Positions 63,444 through 64,000 of a stretch of 64,000 nucleotides of DNA are shown in pieces. Made by a program: the position numbers and the translations under genes. The DNA comes from a virus. Taxonomy: Duplodnaviria > Caudoviricetes. Within the stretch, counting starts at the first letter, position 1, and each line of letters begins with the position of its first letter. The notes beneath the pieces were generated by a model. The model did not search any database and was not told the origin of the DNA. It saw only the letters and a program-made list of their open reading frames with translations. The stretch is taken from the IMG/VR virus record IMGVR_UViG_645948442_000001, positions 64,001-128,000 of that record; one strand, written 5' to 3'.

Positions 63444-64000
63444 TCAGGCAACCTGCTTGTGCAGGGATACTTCCTCGCCGTACAGCTTGCCCTTCATGGC
63501 CGCCTCGTACTCTTCGGGCGTGTCCATCTTCAGGTCGGTCTTCATGTTGCCGTCCTTGATCTTGCCCACCATTTCAGCCGCGCGGGCCTTGTTCTCAGCC
63601 AGCTCGCGATTCCACATGGCCACCACTTCCGGGTCTTGCTCTTGCTCGACAGAGAGCTTGTGAGCGCGCACGGCCAGGGTATTGGCTGCTGCGTTCAGGA
63701 AGTTGGTTTCCAGCCTGGCGATGTCGCCGTGTTCGCGGCGGAACTTGGTTCCTTCGCGGCGCACCGACTTGATCAGGTAGTTGGCCATCTCGATTGTGGT
63801 CTCCACGTTGGCCCGCTGGCCGACGAAGGTCACCTTGTACTTCTGCGTGCCCTTGATCTTGCTATAGTACATGTAGGTCATGAACAGGATCGAGGCCGCG
63901 TGGGCGGCGCGACGCAGCCAGGGGTCCGACTGGACTTGGATGCTATCGCCTTCGCGGGTGAATTCCGCGTAGATTTGGCCCATGTCAATGTTGTGCTTGA
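63444..64000 (-). CDS. C-terminal part of a DUF2786-associated-type protein (start beyond the window)
   Basis: W...AA....F...VTFVG..NVE...M..YL pattern. The frame is open to the window edge. Confidence 0.5.
   Translation of the reverse strand, partial: KHNIDMGQIYAEFTREGDSIQVQSDPWLRRAAHAASILFMTYMYYSKIKGTQKYKVTFVGQRANVETTIEMANYLIKSVRREGTKFRREHGDIARLETNFLNAAANTLAVRAHKLSVEQEQDPEVVAMWNRELAENKARAAEMVGKIKDGNMKTDLKMDTPEEYEAAMKGKLYGEEVSLHKQVA

Noticed and set aside
1-64000. Stop-codon reassignment
   Set aside because: Recognisable genes (ligases, PhoH, NADAR, gp25) are full length in the standard code, and TGA, TAA and TAG all terminate genes.
1-64000. tRNA or other structured RNA genes
   Set aside because: No cloverleaf with T-loop GTTCRA and matching acceptor stem was recognised in the intergenic gaps by eye. 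tRNAscan/Infernal would be needed to exclude them.

Overview
This 64-kb window is part of a large, GC-rich, T4-related (myovirus-type) lytic phage genome, probably infecting a proteobacterial host. Region 1-9.8 kb holds core/late genes: a partial 5hmdU-DNA-kinase helical-domain gene, an antisense HNH homing endonuclease, a ParB-like protein, a dCMP-deaminase-like protein, PhoH, a gp5 baseplate spike split into two genes with two different muralytic domains, and gp25. Region 9.8-52.1 kb (+) and 52.2-64 kb (-) are convergent, dense accessory/early regions. They contain a LemA/lipoprotein/glutathionylspermidine-synthase-like operon, macrodomain, NADAR, an amino acid:DNA transferase (thymidine hypermodification), a nucleotidyltransferase, an Rnl2-type RNA ligase, an ATP-dependent DNA ligase and several expanded paralog families. 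The most striking non-coding structure is about 25 copies of a compact repeat (stop codon + GCCCC..GGGGC terminator hairpin + TATAAT/TATACT promoter) that divides the accessory region into cassettes, several apparently producing leaderless mRNAs. A second promoter-like motif (GTAAATA) lies in hairpin loops. Two candidate host-mimic microproteins stand out: a 44-aa type IV mini-pilin missing from the ORF track, and an acyl-carrier-protein look-alike lacking the phosphopantetheine serine. No tRNA, rRNA or CRISPR array was recognised. All family assignments come from motif recognition by eye, not from database searches.
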